64,000 nucleotides of DNA, taken from Candidatus Latescibacterota bacterium (GTDB taxonomy: Bacteria > Latescibacterota > UBA2968 > SICM01). The translations under genes and the position numbers were made by a program. Positions 10,801 through 19,638 of this stretch are shown one piece after another. Below the pieces are notes generated by a model. It made no database searches, had not been told where the DNA came from, and saw nothing but the letters and a program-made list of their open reading frames with translations. Where the stretch lies: positions 1,248,001 to 1,312,000 of the forward strand of contig CBDCJO010000002.1 of the NCBI GenBank assembly GCA_965217865.1, given 5' to 3'. The first letter of the stretch is position 1. Each line of letters begins with the position of its first letter.

Positions 10801-10913
10801 AGACGGATCAAGACTGGCCCTATGCGGTTTCGTACAAACGGAAGCCACAAAGCTGGGTCCGGCAATCCAAACTGCGCCCGGCGCGACCCAGATTTGTGGC
10901 TACGGTCATGCAC
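7833..10913 (-). CDS. M6 (immune inhibitor A)-like domain + FG-GAP repeats + T9SS/FlgD-like C-terminal domain
   Basis: IVFHAG.G, WSLMD Met-turn, EYFLLENR, GLLIWHVDE; many GDLDGDG repeats; C-terminal YCYPNP...IFN...WD...GLYICRV; zinc motif degenerate; true start may be downstream (TTG 10811). Confidence 0.75.
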   Translation of the reverse strand: MHDRSHKSGSRRAQFGLPDPALWLPFVRNRIGPVLIRLLHLLLLPIVFHLTAERSSAADQWRILAIRVSFPQENPDNPTTSGDGTFDKRPLETARPDYRFLYDTPPHDGAYFEAHLTALADYYRTVSDGQVEITYEVWPKDLNESYRLPRTLLSYGSGRTSDEIASRITELFRDGIVAADSTEKGELDFSGFRSYIVFHAGIGAEARSGRTFNDVASAFVDENDLQSHLGGAIPVQNGSHLVANGMLLPEAISTDGRGGLNGTLARFFGSQLGLPGLSNFKDDLPAAGGWSLMDVGSNRIIGKEIAERLPGFLRDGTGLVGFAPVFPEAWSRVRLGWISPLTVSRDTTIEIGAADIRTGLPRVVKVPITSDEYFLLENRESRLMPGETPTVVFSRGDSGGVWVSREHYDAFIPGSGLLIWHVDESVIRGADQDRGVNDDPHRRGLRLVEADGYFDIGNIFVPFDRVDQIEGGPDDPFYVGGKGISFGPTTIPDSRSNAGYHTGIQITVQSPPGDTMAVSVSFERTGGRWPVTGLPAFGRNAARVIDLDGDGIKEVVATTLDGLLLAFRADGQPFGADPQGLWVETGDSTIFTPAVGDLDGDGTQDLVTAGSSGLITARSGKGLLWSVRLDRPPSTPPTIADLGLGSSVLLGGGGGELISLQGQNGRVTGLDEPVAESSVAGLAVGDLDGDGTPEVVLIGSEGGVYRVGSDGSRIIDRIPGRVSLPPVLGDLDGDKAAEVVVITDGGEVFYLRQGRVVPTNSGGGFRSGAAVADVDGDGFLEVASGGSGLQILRHNGVAQVGSPFNLPVKDRATEIMAPPVIGDLDKDGRPDLVFSAGGYLYGLRGDGNPLPGFPLATLGPIVASPLLEDLEGDGGLDLIAVTSPGGISLWDLIRLDEDLNGESVQWGQEGGGPGNRNSALTQQAPGPGPSDSFLPAERVYCYPNPIVGGGARLRFFLGREARIEVKIFNTSADLVGSMSLANPLPGTDNEIVWDTSGYATGLYICRVEATDRGGQKEVRFVKAAVK

Positions 10914-10971
10914 ACCCTCAGAAACGATGGGAACGGACCCTCCCCAACCTCCCTATACCGGGGATTGGGTC

Positions 10972-12006
10972 TCAGAAATGGAATCCCCCTGTGAATCGGA
11001 ATTCGTTTCTGAGAGGGGTATTATTTGCCGTGAAGTATGCCACGTCAAACGTCATCCAGTTGTATTTCAGGCCGATTCCGAAGGTCGGTGTCTTGATTTT
11101 CCCGTCCCGATCGTGGGTGTAGCCTCCACGGACCGCGACAGCGGAGGCATCGGTCAAACTGAGCTGATACTCCGATCCGACCCGGAAGTCCATGGCCTCG
11201 AATTGCTGACTTGCGGATTCGTCCTTCCAGGAGGTGATGAATGAAAAGAACCCATCCCCGACGAGGGGCTTGTAAAGGTCGGTGGTCACCAGTACGGTGT
11301 GAGGCCCCTTCCGATAGGTTTTGTAGGCGAACCCCACGACCAGATGCTGGGGCAGGGGATCCGACTGCCGCTGATCGATGAAAGTGATATTGGGGCCTAT
11401 GTTCCGGAGCACGCCGGCGAATGTCAGGCGATCCGTGGGCCGATACATGAATCCAAAGTCGCCCGCGAACGATGTGCCGTTCCCCTTCCCCTGCTCGGCT
11501 CCCGCTCCGCTATCAGCCAGGTGTTCGTGGATGAATTTGAGTGAGACCCCTGTTGAGAGTTTGTTCCACATCCGCATACCATAAGAGACGCCCACAGCCA
11601 GATCGAAACTGGTAAACTGACCCAGTTCCTGACCCGTCTCGCTTGTTCGGAACTGCGTCCCCAGGGAGACATAACTCATACTGAAGCCCATGTTGCCGAT
11701 CTCACCGACGGGTTGGGAATATGTACCATAGGCGAAAAACACATCCGATGCGAGGGCAGGAATGGGTTTGTACATCGTAAAACTCATGTCCTTGCGGGTA
11801 TTGTCGACCAGAGCTGACGGATTGTAATAGGTCGCGTTGGCATCGTCCGATATCGCAATATATGCCTTCCCCATGGCTGCCGAACGCGCACTGGGCTCGA
11901 AAAGGAGAAAGCTTGCTGCGGCCTTGCTTTCGGGTGTTGCGTGCGCCACGGACACCGCAAAGCCCGATAATGCGAATAGCACGCCTGCGAGGGTGATCTT
12001 TTTCAT
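10972..12006 (-). CDS. PorV/PorQ-family outer-membrane beta-barrel (T9SS-associated)
   Basis: Signal peptide, FLLFEPSARSAAMG...SDDANATYYNPSAL PorV-type N-terminus, C-terminal FHF; GGAGG RBS. Confidence 0.8.
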   Translation of the reverse strand: MKKITLAGVLFALSGFAVSVAHATPESKAAASFLLFEPSARSAAMGKAYIAISDDANATYYNPSALVDNTRKDMSFTMYKPIPALASDVFFAYGTYSQPVGEIGNMGFSMSYVSLGTQFRTSETGQELGQFTSFDLAVGVSYGMRMWNKLSTGVSLKFIHEHLADSGAGAEQGKGNGTSFAGDFGFMYRPTDRLTFAGVLRNIGPNITFIDQRQSDPLPQHLVVGFAYKTYRKGPHTVLVTTDLYKPLVGDGFFSFITSWKDESASQQFEAMDFRVGSEYQLSLTDASAVAVRGGYTHDRDGKIKTPTFGIGLKYNWMTFDVAYFTANNTPLRNEFRFTGGFHF

Positions 12007-12135
12007 CTCGGACCTCCTGGATAGATTAACCTTTCCAATCCTTAAAAGAAACCCTTTCCAAAGGAAAAATCAAGAAAAGATATTCAATTAAAGGTTTGAT
12101 TTACTCCAAATTATCGAATCAGCAAATCCGGGTCC

Positions 12136-12184
12136 AAAAATAAAAAAACCGAGCAAAAAAGCCGACGACCCGGCCGCTCGGTTT
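12136..12184 (-). terminator. Intrinsic terminator-like hairpin upstream of the PorV gene
   Basis: Minus strand AAACCGAGC...GCTCGGTTT stem followed by TTTTATTTTT. Confidence 0.55.
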
Positions 12185-12568
12185 GAATTTTTTCGAATTG
12201 CGATCAACCAGGAAATTACAATATCGGAATACGACTTAGGCGCCCAGATACTACGGCAATATGGGCACCAAACACTAATGCGATGGTTTGCGAGCATCAT
12301 GCAAGTCGGGGAATGAGAATCACTGTCCACCTTGAATCCATTGACGAGCTGGTGATTGAAACACGGGTACAATCCATTGTCCCACAAGTTGTAGAGCGAA
12401 CGACAACCATTGGTCACAAACCATAAGACGTTACATGCGGCTTGGTGCCTGTATCCGGAATTTACCCTTAAATGGGACATTCCGTAACCTAACCCTAAAG
12501 GTATAGGGGATACACCACGTATTGTCACCTTTAAGAAACGACCCGTCGGTGATCGGTGAGTTAAAAAA

Positions 12569-12838
12569 ATGAGACTATTTGCAATAATGACCGATACTGT
12601 CAATAAAGAATTGGAAATAGCCCTTAAAAGGGATTTTCCCAAAAGGTATTACGACTTTGGGGATGGCCAATGGTTTGTTGCTGGAAACGGTACCGCAACT
12701 TATGTTTATAAGACCCTTGATAGAGATGAAAACTTGGACATTGGCTCAGTTGTGGTTATGTCAATCGTTGGTTATAACGGCTATGCCAGCACGGATTTGT
12801 GGGATTGGATGCAGGCGATGAGCGAAGAAAATGGCTAA
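12569..12838 (+). CDS. Small hypothetical alpha/beta protein, IS passenger
   Basis: 89-aa AT-rich ORF with natural composition (QWFVAG, GYNGYASTDLWDWM), overlapping the next ORF by 8 nt. Confidence 0.65.
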   Translation: MRLFAIMTDTVNKELEIALKRDFPKRYYDFGDGQWFVAGNGTATYVYKTLDRDENLDIGSVVVMSIVGYNGYASTDLWDWMQAMSEENG

Positions 12839-13061
12839 CGGGCATCACGCTGAAGCACCAAGACCGCCCCTGTCTGAAGGTCAGCCGGCAGAGAAAGAGA
12901 ATTTTGAGAGGTTGGTGCGCTTGGAAACTCGCATCGAATACATTGCCACCAAAGAAGACATTCAAAAGTTGAAAGTTTGGGTTCTTGGTGGCGTGATTGC
13001 CGCAATAATTATCGCCTTCACGGTTTTAAAGTGGTTCCCTCCCCAATCACCCCCTACGTAA
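12831..13061 (+). CDS. Small coiled-coil + single-TM protein, IS passenger
   Basis: RLVRLETRIEYIATKEDI coiled-coil motif followed by the TM segment VWVLGGVIAAIIIAFTVL. Confidence 0.65.
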   Translation: MANGHHAEAPRPPLSEGQPAEKENFERLVRLETRIEYIATKEDIQKLKVWVLGGVIAAIIIAFTVLKWFPPQSPPT

Positions 13062-13092
13062 ACTTACGCTCCCAGAAATTCAAACTGAGCCC

Positions 13093-13977
13093 CTATGCGA
13101 AGCACCCCTTCATGAACGTATCGAACGTCCGCTTGTTCTTTCGGTTGTTGTATTTATAGCACGCCTCGGCCACGTAGAACGGCGTGTAACGCTTCGTGTA
13201 GTGATGATGGGAACCGTACCAGGCACGCTTGAGCAAGGACCACACGCCTTCAATCGTGTTGGTGTGTATATCACCGTCCGCATAATGCCTGGCGTGGTGG
13301 ATCACAGCGTGGCTCATGATTTGCCTTACGGTGTTATAAGCACTAAATTCGTCCGTGACAAGCACCGAATCTTCCGAAGGGTCTATCGCCTGCTTGACGA
13401 AGGCCAGAACCCCCGCACCCGACAGATCGTCCGCCACACGGGCAACTACCTTGCCGCCACGCTCCACGGCTCCTATAACCGGAGTCTTGCGGGTCCCGCG
13501 CCCCCTGGGAGCGTTGCCGCCGCCTGATCGCCTGTTGCGTTTCCGTGGCTTGCCTCCGACGTAGGTCTCGTCGGCTTCGACGATCCCGCGCAACAATATT
13601 TTCCCCTGCCTCGTTGCCATCTCTGCTCGAATCCGCTGTTGCATGTACCATGCCGACCGTTGGTTAAGGTTCAGGTCGCGGGCAAGCTGGCAACTGGACA
13701 GGCTCTTCTTGGCGTTCACGATCAAGGCTATAGCCATAAACCACTTCTGAAGCGGAAGGTGAGTGCCCTGAAATATCGTCCCGGAAAGGACGTTGAAGCT
13801 GGACCCACAGGCATGGCAGTTCCAACGCCCGACAAGAGTTCCCTCTTTCTTCCGGGCGCACTCCCCAACCGCCCCACACAGCGGACAAAACGGATCATCC
13901 CCAAACCGCACCCGCTCAAGATGCTCAATACATGATTCCTGATCCGGGAACTTTTCAATCGCCGTCAACAAGTTCAT
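13093..13977 (-). CDS. IS1595-family transposase
   Basis: Zn ribbon CPLC...CHAC, VEADETYVGG, LVTDE, HTNTIEGVWSLLKR, YKYNNR. Confidence 0.95.
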   Translation of the reverse strand: MNLLTAIEKFPDQESCIEHLERVRFGDDPFCPLCGAVGECARKKEGTLVGRWNCHACGSSFNVLSGTIFQGTHLPLQKWFMAIALIVNAKKSLSSCQLARDLNLNQRSAWYMQQRIRAEMATRQGKILLRGIVEADETYVGGKPRKRNRRSGGGNAPRGRGTRKTPVIGAVERGGKVVARVADDLSGAGVLAFVKQAIDPSEDSVLVTDEFSAYNTVRQIMSHAVIHHARHYADGDIHTNTIEGVWSLLKRAWYGSHHHYTKRYTPFYVAEACYKYNNRKNKRTFDTFMKGCFA

Positions 13978-14025
13978 TTTCCTTCCTCCCTTTTTTTGGT
14001 TAAGTTAGTTGTTTTCACTACACTT

Positions 14026-14054
14026 AATATAACTAAAAAGGGATTGAAAGTCAA
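14026..14054 (-). promoter_or_regulatory. Transposase promoter inside the IS1595 end
   Basis: Minus strand TTGACT-17 nt-TATATT; GGAGG RBS before the transposase ATG. Confidence 0.65.
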
Positions 14055-14074
14055 GCCTTAATCTGCTAATTGCC

Positions 14075-14699
14075 TTTACTTTATCTGTTTGTATTGGGAG
14101 TGCCCTCTTACCGATCCAGGCACTACCTGTCCGTATCGCTGAAAACGGCTCAGCGGATTTATACCACGTTTCGCCAGGCCATCTACGATCATAGCTTTAC
14201 GGACCAGGTGCTTTGGGGTGAGATCGAGTTGGACGAGGCGATGTATGGAGGTCATCATAAGGGTAAGCGTGGATGGGGAGCAGCCGGAAAACACTTGGTT
14301 TTCGGGCTTTATCAGAGGAACGGAAAAGTCCTCACCTTTCCCATTCCGGATCGAAGTCGAAACACCCTTACACCGCTTGTGACCTCACACACCAAAGCAG
14401 GCAGTCTATACTACACCGATGACTGGCACGCCTACACTTGGCTGTCAGTCAAAGGTGACCACGTGGTTGTTCGAAAAGAAGAAGGGGTGCCCAAAGGCAA
14501 AGGCCGACATCACATCAATGGCATCGAAGGCTTCTGGAGTTTTTCTAAAAATTGGCTATCAATACAGAGGAATCCCTCGACATCATTTCCATTTATACCT
14601 GAAGGAAACAGAGTTCAGATTCAACCAGGAAGACGAGGATCTCTTCCCAATTATTGCTTCATATCTGGTGAATCTGGTACCAATATCTTCCTAATTACC
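14075..14699 (+). pseudogene. Truncated, frameshifted IS1595-family (IS1016-like) transposase remnant
   Basis: EIELDEAMYGG, YTDDW, HINGIEGFWSFSK; the C-terminus YQYRGIPRHHFHLYLKETEFRFN is in another frame (shift near 14555); 5' end cut at the neighbouring IS end; ends ...CCTAATTACC at 14699. Confidence 0.85.
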
Positions 14700-14708
14700 T
14701 AAATTTTT

Positions 14709-14737
14709 AACTTAGGCGAAGTCTTTGTTAAAGTCAA
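14709..14737 (-). promoter_or_regulatory. sigma70-type promoter pointing into the IS nest and toward the PorV cluster
   Basis: Minus strand TTGACT-17 nt-TAAGTT. Confidence 0.45.
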
Positions 14738-14755
14738 GCCATTTCTGTGCTCGGA

Positions 14756-14926
14756 TTAGTCGATCTCGTCAGCTTCATCGATCAGCATGATCGGAATATC
14801 ATCTTCAATCCGGTAACGAAGTTTACAGGCCCGACACGTCAGGGTTTCTTTTTCCCGATCGTATTCCAGGTCCCCTTTGCATTTTGGGCAGGCCAGGATG
14901 TCGAGAAGGTCCTGTTGAAGAGGCAT
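14756..14926 (-). CDS. Trm112/YcaR-family protein (not in the ORF track)
   Basis: Manual translation MPLQQDLLDILACPKCKGDLEYDREKETLTCRACKLRYRIEDDIPIMLIDEADEID; GGAG RBS. Confidence 0.93.
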   Translation of the reverse strand: MPLQQDLLDILACPKCKGDLEYDREKETLTCRACKLRYRIEDDIPIMLIDEADEID

Positions 14927-15142
14927 AGGGCTCCACTCTCAAGCTTATCGGCAAATACGGCGATTCCTTAACCAATTCTTTGCACGAGAAAATCTATTAA
15001 ATCGAAGACGGCCTTGTCAAGGTAATTTATATAAATTATGGGGCTTGCTTTTTTATTGACACCCCTTATGGGGATTGTATAAATTCAATTCTTATAAGAG
15101 TTTTTATCCATATTCACGCAGTCAGAGCCGAACTGTGGATGC

Positions 15143-16054
15143 ATGAAGTTGTTGATCACCGGGTCCAACGGACTCCTTGGACAAAGGCTGATTGCCCGGG
15201 CACCTGCCGACGCTCAAATAATCCCCACTTTTCATTCCCATCCTGGAATTCAGCCCAACTTCGAGCTTCTCGACGTCACAGAACGAAGGCAGGTTGAATC
15301 TCTACTCGAACGGATCCGTCCGGATTGGGTCATTCACACCGCAGCCCTTACGGATGTGGACGGCTGCGAGTTAAAAAGGGATCTGGCCTGGAGGGCCAAC
15401 GTGGTGGGGACGGAAAACATCGCCCGCGCGTGTGAATCTATTGGATCCGGACTTATACACGTCTCCACAGATTATGTCTTCGATGGGACCTCAGGTCCAT
15501 ATGACGAAACGGCCCCAACCCATCCAATCAACATCTATGGCTTGACTAAATTAGAGGCGGAACAGCGGGTTTTGTCCGTGAAATCTCATGCGGCCGTTGT
15601 GCGCACAATCGTTCTGTACGGCTATTCCACGGGCGTCCGACCGAATTTTGTCACGTGGCTCATCCAATCCCTTCAAAATGCTGGGTCGGCTCGGGTGGTC
15701 ACAGACCAGTGGAGTACCCCTACCTTCGCCGACGACCTTGCCGATTTTTTAATAATCCTTTGCAAAAAACGTGCCACCGGACTGTTTCATTTTGCCGGTT
15801 CTGATCTTTTGACTCGTCACGATATGGCGCTCCGGGTCTGCCGGCGATTCGGCCTGGATGGGACCGTTGTTCCTGTCTCCACTTCAGAGCTCGGCCAGAG
15901 TGCAAGGAGGCCCCTGCGATCGGGCTTGAAGACAGGTCTTGTGCAACGCCTGTTTCAGATTCGTCCCAGGTCATTCGATGATGGGTTGAATATCCTGGCC
16001 GAACAGTTCGAAGACTTAAACCCCCACGGCCTTAATAAAGTTCCCGGACGTTGA
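15143..16054 (+). CDS. rfbD: dTDP-4-dehydrorhamnose reductase
   Basis: ITGSNGLLG, HTAALTDVDGCE, STDYVFDG, YGLTKLEAE, DQWSTPT. Confidence 0.88.
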   Translation: MKLLITGSNGLLGQRLIARAPADAQIIPTFHSHPGIQPNFELLDVTERRQVESLLERIRPDWVIHTAALTDVDGCELKRDLAWRANVVGTENIARACESIGSGLIHVSTDYVFDGTSGPYDETAPTHPINIYGLTKLEAEQRVLSVKSHAAVVRTIVLYGYSTGVRPNFVTWLIQSLQNAGSARVVTDQWSTPTFADDLADFLIILCKKRATGLFHFAGSDLLTRHDMALRVCRRFGLDGTVVPVSTSELGQSARRPLRSGLKTGLVQRLFQIRPRSFDDGLNILAEQFEDLNPHGLNKVPGR

Positions 16055-16097
16055 ACAACGCATCTCTCAGGACCCCCTTCTTCCAGAGTACCCCACG

Positions 16098-16847
16098 ATG
16101 CCGAATCCAGGATTTCGCGTGTCCCTCGTCACGCCAACCTACAACGAAAGGGAGAACATCCCGATCCTGGCGCAGGAGGTATTCGCGATTGTCCGGAAGT
16201 ACCCTTCAATCGACCTCGAGCTGATCATCGTCGATGACAACTCCCCGGACGGAACCGGAGATGTCGCCGACCAGTTGAGCGACCGGTATCCGATCAGGGT
16301 GATCCACCGTTCGGGCCGGTTGGGGTTGGGAAGCGCGGTGATGGAAGGATTTATGTCCTCCGATTACCCTCTTTTAGGGGTGATCGATGCCGATCTTAGC
16401 CACGATCCGGTCGTCCTCCCAAAACTGATCACCAGCCTCGAAAAATACGACATCACCATCGGAAGCCGATACAATCCCGAAAGCCGTGTGGAGAGATGGC
16501 CGTTACATAGAAAGCTGATCTCTCAGGCGGGAGTCCTTTTTGCCAGGTTTTTGACCGGCGTTCACGACCCCCTGAGCGGATACTTCTTCCTTCACCGATC
16601 CGTCCTGGACGGTTTGCAGCTTACTTCGCCGGGATTCAAGATCCTCCTGGAAATCCTGGTTAAAGGGACCTATAACTCTGTCCTCGAAACCCCTTTTATC
16701 TTCAGGGACCGAGAGCACAGTTCCAGCAAGCTAAATTATCTGGAATACATCCTTTTCACCAAACAACTGATCACGTTTTCCCTGGTGTATGGATCCCGCA
16801 ACCAGAGGGTCAACAGGCCATCCAGAGCCACCGACAAATTGTCTTGA
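16098..16847 (+). CDS. Polyprenol-monophosphomannose synthase-like GT2
   Basis: PTYNERENI, VDDNSPDGT, DADLSHDP, DPLSGYF, GFKILLEIL. Confidence 0.88.
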   Translation: MPNPGFRVSLVTPTYNERENIPILAQEVFAIVRKYPSIDLELIIVDDNSPDGTGDVADQLSDRYPIRVIHRSGRLGLGSAVMEGFMSSDYPLLGVIDADLSHDPVVLPKLITSLEKYDITIGSRYNPESRVERWPLHRKLISQAGVLFARFLTGVHDPLSGYFFLHRSVLDGLQLTSPGFKILLEILVKGTYNSVLETPFIFRDREHSSSKLNYLEYILFTKQLITFSLVYGSRNQRVNRPSRATDKLS

Positions 16848-16938
16848 CAACTTATACCTTGAATTGTAAGTTAAATTTCCTTCGATGATTATTCATATAT
16901 GGCCGCTTGAATTGGGTTTCGCACCCTTGAGGTAATTC

Positions 16939-18588
16939 GTGCCAAAAAATCGAAATATCATCGGCCTTCTTGTTTTGGTGGTCGTTATTTTGGTCGGGTC
17001 TTTTGGGATCGACTATGTCCAGGCGTACGGCCGGGGAACATCCATCCAGCAATGGGGCGTACTCAATCGCATCGCCTACCTCATCCGTGAAAATTATGTT
17101 GAGGAGGTCGAACAGAAGAAGCTGATCGACGGGGCGATCGAAGGTATGCTGATGAAGCTCGACCCCCACTCCACCTATATTTTGCCTGAAGACAGCAAAC
17201 TCGTCCAGGAAAGGTTTGAAGGGGAATTCGAGGGGATCGGCATTCATTTCGATATCATCAATAACATTCTAACCGTCCTGTCGCCGATTCCGGGTTCACC
17301 GGCCTACGCGGTAGGCCTTCAGCCCGGGGACAAAATTGTAAAAATCGAAGGAAAATCGGCCATCGGAATCAAAAGCTACCAGGTGATGGAAAAACTGAAA
17401 GGGCCAAAGGGCACAAAAGTTCGTGTTACCGTCAGGCGAGAGGGAGAGGAAAACCTCCTTGAATTCACGATCACCCGGGACAAGATCGACATTCCGAGCG
17501 TACAGCCTGCCTTTATGATCCGGCCCGGCGTGGCCTATATCAAAATAACCCGCTTTTCCAAAAAGACCGCGGAGGAGTTTGATGAAGCCCTTCATCGACT
17601 CAAAGAAAATGGCATGGAAAAGCTCATCCTCAATCTGATAAACAATGGAGGGGGATATCTTGACCAGGCCGTCGCGGTTGCTCAGCATTTCATCGACAAA
17701 GAGAAGATGATTGTCTATACCCAGGGTCGCCGTTCAAATTCAAGTGAGGAACATCGATCCCAGCGGGAAATCGCCCACGAACCCTACCCCATCATTATCC
17801 TGATCAACAACGTCTCCGCTTCTGCGTCAGAAATCGTCGCGGGGGCCCTGCAGGACCACGACCGAGCCCTGATCGCGGGCCAGACGAGTTTTGGAAAAGG
17901 GCTGGTTCAAAATAAGTTTGACCTGAAAAACGGCGGCGCCGTACTGTTGACCGTAGCGCGCTATTATACTCCGAGCGGAAGACTGATCCAACGTCCCTAC
18001 ACCGAAGACCGAGTCTCCTACATACAGGAGGCTGGCACCAGTCAGGTTGATTCCGTCGGGGAAACCGAAAGGCCTGTTTATTATACGATGAATCTCCGAA
18101 GAAAGGTTTATGGCGGAGGTGGGATCGCCCCGGATGTGGTTTTGACACCGGACACAATGAACGTCTTCGAGCGACGCCTGAACAGGCACAATGTCCTGTT
18201 CGAATTTGCCAATCGGTATGTCGGTAAACACCGGACCGAGTTGAACGATCTGGAAACCTTCATCGAAAGTTTCCACACGACCGAAGAGGATATCGAGGAG
18301 ATCAAAAGGTTCATTCAAGACAAGGGGATTGAGGGGGGAGAGGCGGCTTTCCGGGAGAGCCGCGATTTCATTCGACGTATCGTCATGCAGGAGATCGCCC
18401 TCTCCAGATGGGGCCGAGAAGCCCTGGTCCGGGTTCAGGCCAGCCTCAGTCCGGAAGTCCAAAAAGCCCTGGGGCTGTTCGATCAAGCGTCGTCGATTCT
18501 GGCAAGATCGGAACAGGGGACCCCGGATGCTGCCTCAAGTCGTGTTCCTGAAACTGAAGAGCGATCTAAAGCCGGAAGAATTCGATAG
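16939..18588 (+). CDS. S41 C-terminal processing peptidase with PDZ domain
   Basis: LDPHSTY, GIGI PDZ motif, SASASEIVAGALQD, SFGKGLVQ; upstream TTGACA-17-TAAGTT at 16844. Confidence 0.92.
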   Translation: MPKNRNIIGLLVLVVVILVGSFGIDYVQAYGRGTSIQQWGVLNRIAYLIRENYVEEVEQKKLIDGAIEGMLMKLDPHSTYILPEDSKLVQERFEGEFEGIGIHFDIINNILTVLSPIPGSPAYAVGLQPGDKIVKIEGKSAIGIKSYQVMEKLKGPKGTKVRVTVRREGEENLLEFTITRDKIDIPSVQPAFMIRPGVAYIKITRFSKKTAEEFDEALHRLKENGMEKLILNLINNGGGYLDQAVAVAQHFIDKEKMIVYTQGRRSNSSEEHRSQREIAHEPYPIIILINNVSASASEIVAGALQDHDRALIAGQTSFGKGLVQNKFDLKNGGAVLLTVARYYTPSGRLIQRPYTEDRVSYIQEAGTSQVDSVGETERPVYYTMNLRRKVYGGGGIAPDVVLTPDTMNVFERRLNRHNVLFEFANRYVGKHRTELNDLETFIESFHTTEEDIEEIKRFIQDKGIEGGEAAFRESRDFIRRIVMQEIALSRWGREALVRVQASLSPEVQKALGLFDQASSILARSEQGTPDAASSRVPETEERSKAGRIR

Positions 18589-18606
18589 GACTGAAAGGAG
18601 TCTTTG

Positions 18607-19605
18607 ATGGGTTGGAATATCTTTGTCACCCGGTTGCTGCCAAAGCCAGGGATGGACCTTCTATACGAACAATGCGATGTAGTCGACGTGAATCCCAACG
18701 ATCGAATGCTTACAAGGGATGAATTTCTCGATAACATCAAAGGCCGTGACGGTGTGATCACCCTGCTCACAGAACGCGTGGACCAGGAGGCCTGTGAGGT
18801 GGCCGACAGGACCCTCATTTTCGCGAATTACGCCGTGGGGTTCAATAACATCGACGTCCCGACATGCACGAAGTACGGCATCCAGGTCTCAAACACCCCG
18901 GGCGTACTGACCGAGGCGACCTCCGATATGGCGTGGGCGCTTCTTTTTTCATTGACCCGGAGGATCGTTGAATCTGATAAATTCCTCAGAGCTGGCAATT
19001 ACGAAGGTTGGGCGCCGATGATGTATCGAGGGGGAGACATCGTGGGCAAGACCCTCGGAATCTGCGGGGCCGGCCGCATCGGGACCTCAATGGCCAAGAA
19101 ATCCAGGGGTTGGGATATGAAAGTCCTCTACTGCGACCTCTACCGCAACGAGAAATTGGAAAAAGACCTGGGGGCCCGTCAAGTCGATAAGGAAACCCTG
19201 TTGAAGGAATCGGACTTCATCTCCCTTCACGTGTCGCTTGACCCCGGGACAACCCACTACATCGGGGAAAAGGAACTCAAGATGATGAAGCCCACGGCAT
19301 ACCTGATCAATACCTCCCGGGGACCTGTCGTAGACGAACAAGTCCTCGTTCACGCCCTCAGGGAGGGATGGATCGCCGGGGCCGGTCTCGATGTGTTCGA
19401 AAGCGAACCGCTTCTGACGCCTGGGCTGGTGGGTTTGGACAACGTCGTGATCTGTCCTCACATTGCCAGCGCCACGGTTCAAACCCGCAACGACATGGCA
19501 ACCCTGGCCGCGGAAAACCTGTTCGCCGCACTCAAAGGGGAAAAGCCCCCTACGATCGTGAACCCCGAAGTCCTGGACGCCCCAAATCTTCGGAAGCTAT
19601 CGTAA
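18607..19605 (+). CDS. D-glycerate dehydrogenase / glyoxylate reductase
   Basis: NTPGVLTEAT, GAGRIG, INTSRGPVVDE, GLDVFE, PHIASAT. Confidence 0.92.
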   Translation: MGWNIFVTRLLPKPGMDLLYEQCDVVDVNPNDRMLTRDEFLDNIKGRDGVITLLTERVDQEACEVADRTLIFANYAVGFNNIDVPTCTKYGIQVSNTPGVLTEATSDMAWALLFSLTRRIVESDKFLRAGNYEGWAPMMYRGGDIVGKTLGICGAGRIGTSMAKKSRGWDMKVLYCDLYRNEKLEKDLGARQVDKETLLKESDFISLHVSLDPGTTHYIGEKELKMMKPTAYLINTSRGPVVDEQVLVHALREGWIAGAGLDVFESEPLLTPGLVGLDNVVICPHIASATVQTRNDMATLAAENLFAALKGEKPPTIVNPEVLDAPNLRKLS

Positions 19606-19638
19606 CGACATCGCAAATTTTTAGGTAATGAGGTAATA

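Larger units (their letters stand above)
12211..14074 (-). mobile_element. IS1595-family element with passenger genes (the 12211 boundary is tentative)
   Basis: Intact transposase; end at 14074 reads GGCAATTAGCAGAT inward; imperfect partner GGAAATTACAATAT at 12211; no target duplication found. Confidence 0.5.

Noticed and set aside
12234-14718. ACTTAGGCG present on both sides of the IS nest as a possible target duplication
   Set aside because: Neither copy abuts a candidate element end; probably chance.
14747-14971. 74-aa plus-strand ORF
   Set aside because: Antisense shadow of the Trm112-family gene.
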